DNA of 36,257 nucleotides from Alphaproteobacteria bacterium (GTDB taxonomy: Bacteria; Pseudomonadota; Alphaproteobacteria; UBA9219): contig JAXGVG010000001.1 of assembly GCA_040773965.1 (NCBI GenBank), forward strand, positions 1 to 36,257. Reading direction: 5' to 3'. Each line of letters begins with the position of its first letter. Position 1 is the stretch's first letter. The notes beneath the pieces were generated by a model. The model saw only the letters and a program-made list of their open reading frames with translations. It ran no database searches and was not told the origin of the DNA. Shown here piece after piece: positions 34,873 to 36,257 of the stretch. The translations under genes were made by a program, and so were the position numbers.

Positions 34873-35661
34873 CTAAGTTCCTGAAAACCTTACGGGTTTG
34901 CCAGATGCGCGAGCCTTCATGGCGTCGCGGAAATCGAAACTGCGCATGGAATGGCCGAAGAATGTGTGTTCAAGGCCGAGGTGCGTGTTCATATCCTGCT
35001 CAAAAGCCTTCATGGCCAGCCGTTTGATCGCGCCATAGGCGCGCGTAGGACCTTCCGCCAGCTTGTCGAGCCATTTCAAGGCTTCGGTCTGGAGCTGATC
35101 CGTATCGACCACGCGGTTGACGAGACGGAGCCGCTCGGCTTCGGCAACGTCGAAATCTTCGCACAGCATCATGAATTCAACGGCTTTTTGAATGCCGATT
35201 TTGCGCGGCAGGAAATAGGAACAGCCGCCGTCGGGCGTTGTGCCGCTGTGCGTGTATTTGCAGTTAAAGACGGCGTTTTTGGCCGCGATAACGAAATCGC
35301 AGGACAGCATGAGGCTGAGCCCGGCCGCCGATACTTTTCCCTCCACCGCCGCGATGACCGGTTTTTCCATAGCCTGGATTTCCCGGATGGCCGAATGGTA
35401 GGGTAGCAAGAGCTGGATGATGTTTTCCTGCGCGGCTGCGACGTCGCCGCTTAAAAACGACATGTCGATGCCGTCCATGAAGTTGCTTCCCGCGCCGCAC
35501 AAAAGCACGGCGCGCGTGCCCCGGTCGGTTGTCGTGTTCTTGAGCGTCGTGAACAGCTGATTAGCCATGTCGAATGTCATGGCATTGCCTTTTTCCGGGC
35601 GATTGAACGTCAAAATTAATGACTGTCCGCGCCGTTCAGATAAAAGATCCTTGTCGGCCAT
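34873..35661 (-). CDS. enoyl-CoA hydratase/isomerase (crotonase) family protein
   Basis: Crotonase-fold pattern (LILTFNRPEKGNAMT, VLLCGAGSNFMDGIDM, KPVIAAVEGKVSAAGLSLMLSCDFVIA). Confidence 0.8.
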   Translation of the reverse strand: MADKDLLSERRGQSLILTFNRPEKGNAMTFDMANQLFTTLKNTTTDRGTRAVLLCGAGSNFMDGIDMSFLSGDVAAAQENIIQLLLPYHSAIREIQAMEKPVIAAVEGKVSAAGLSLMLSCDFVIAAKNAVFNCKYTHSGTTPDGGCSYFLPRKIGIQKAVEFMMLCEDFDVAEAERLRLVNRVVDTDQLQTEALKWLDKLAEGPTRAYGAIKRLAMKAFEQDMNTHLGLEHTFFGHSMRSFDFRDAMKARASGKPVRFSGT

Positions 35662-35770
35662 GTTCGTTTCCTTTTGCCCGCGGCTTTTGAAAATTCGAAT
35701 CAGACATTGCGATTAGACCCCTTCAAAAGCTATTTTACAAGGGAATCGCTTCCCTGCAGGTTCGCACGTC

Positions 35771-36004
35771 ATGACGAAATTGCCTACCTATGGCAAAGGA
35801 AGATTGAATAAAGGAGAGCCCGGCGAAGTTCTCTTTGAGATGGCGCGTGTGGGTTCCCTTATGCGGGTCACGGCCGTCGATACCGAAACCGGCACGGAAG
35901 TCGTCATTCAGGGGCCGGCATCCCTCACCTCCGTCGAGCTTCAGCGCGTTGCCCTCGCCAAGCTTCGTTACGTTCTCAAGAAGCAGCAGACGCAAAAAGA
36001 ATAA
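35771..36004 (+). CDS. small conserved hypothetical protein
   Basis: 77-aa ORF. EVLFEMARVGSLMRVTAVDTETGTEVVIQGPAS resembles a small alphaproteobacterial family (from memory, unverified). Confidence 0.55.
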   Translation: MTKLPTYGKGRLNKGEPGEVLFEMARVGSLMRVTAVDTETGTEVVIQGPASLTSVELQRVALAKLRYVLKKQQTQKE

Positions 36005-36114
36005 CGACGTTTCCTTTTGCGCCGCACAATAATTGCGCAGAAAAATATTTATGGCCGGAAGGTTTTCTTGCCTGTTCCGTCGTTTGACGTTAAGCAGAAT
36101 AAACAAAAAAATAA

Positions 36115-36257
<143 letters not shown>

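Overview
This is a 36.3-kb chromosomal segment that looks alphaproteobacterial, possibly Rhodospirillales-like. That call rests on gene content and order only: hflK-hflC-degP, dgt-argS-SPOR-nagZ-scpA-scpB-serB, an LDH-type mdh, and a TrxR-type FNR with an adrenodoxin-type ferredoxin. I support about 45 protein genes and one tRNA-Ser(UGA), most of them housekeeping: topA (3' part), rnr, hflKC, degP, serB, scpAB, nagZ, argS, dgt, xthA, a GT2, blc, rhlE-like helicase, smpB, slt, purB, fdx/FNR, an enoyl-CoA hydratase and mdh (5' part). Several accessory or selfish layers sit on this backbone. (1) A 95-aa GIY-YIG nuclease gene is bracketed by two direct copies of a 109-nt triple-hairpin repeat between nagZ and the SPOR gene. 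Related hairpin units recur near 28.9 kb. (2) GC-rich palindromic elements appear inserted in frame into two housekeeping genes, rnr and nagZ. (3) Two type II toxin-antitoxin modules, dinJ/relB-yafQ and higBA, bracket dgt. (4) Two AT-richer islets of orphan genes lie at about 4.66-5.70 kb and 27.8-31.0 kb. The second islet holds a reading frame broken by a single in-frame TAG and a perfect 12-bp inverted repeat over its start codons. (5) A 540-nt ORF-poor leader precedes the DEAD-box helicase. I found no CRISPR array, integrase, transposase or rRNA. All homology calls come from motif recognition by eye, with no database search, and the GC statements are visual estimates.
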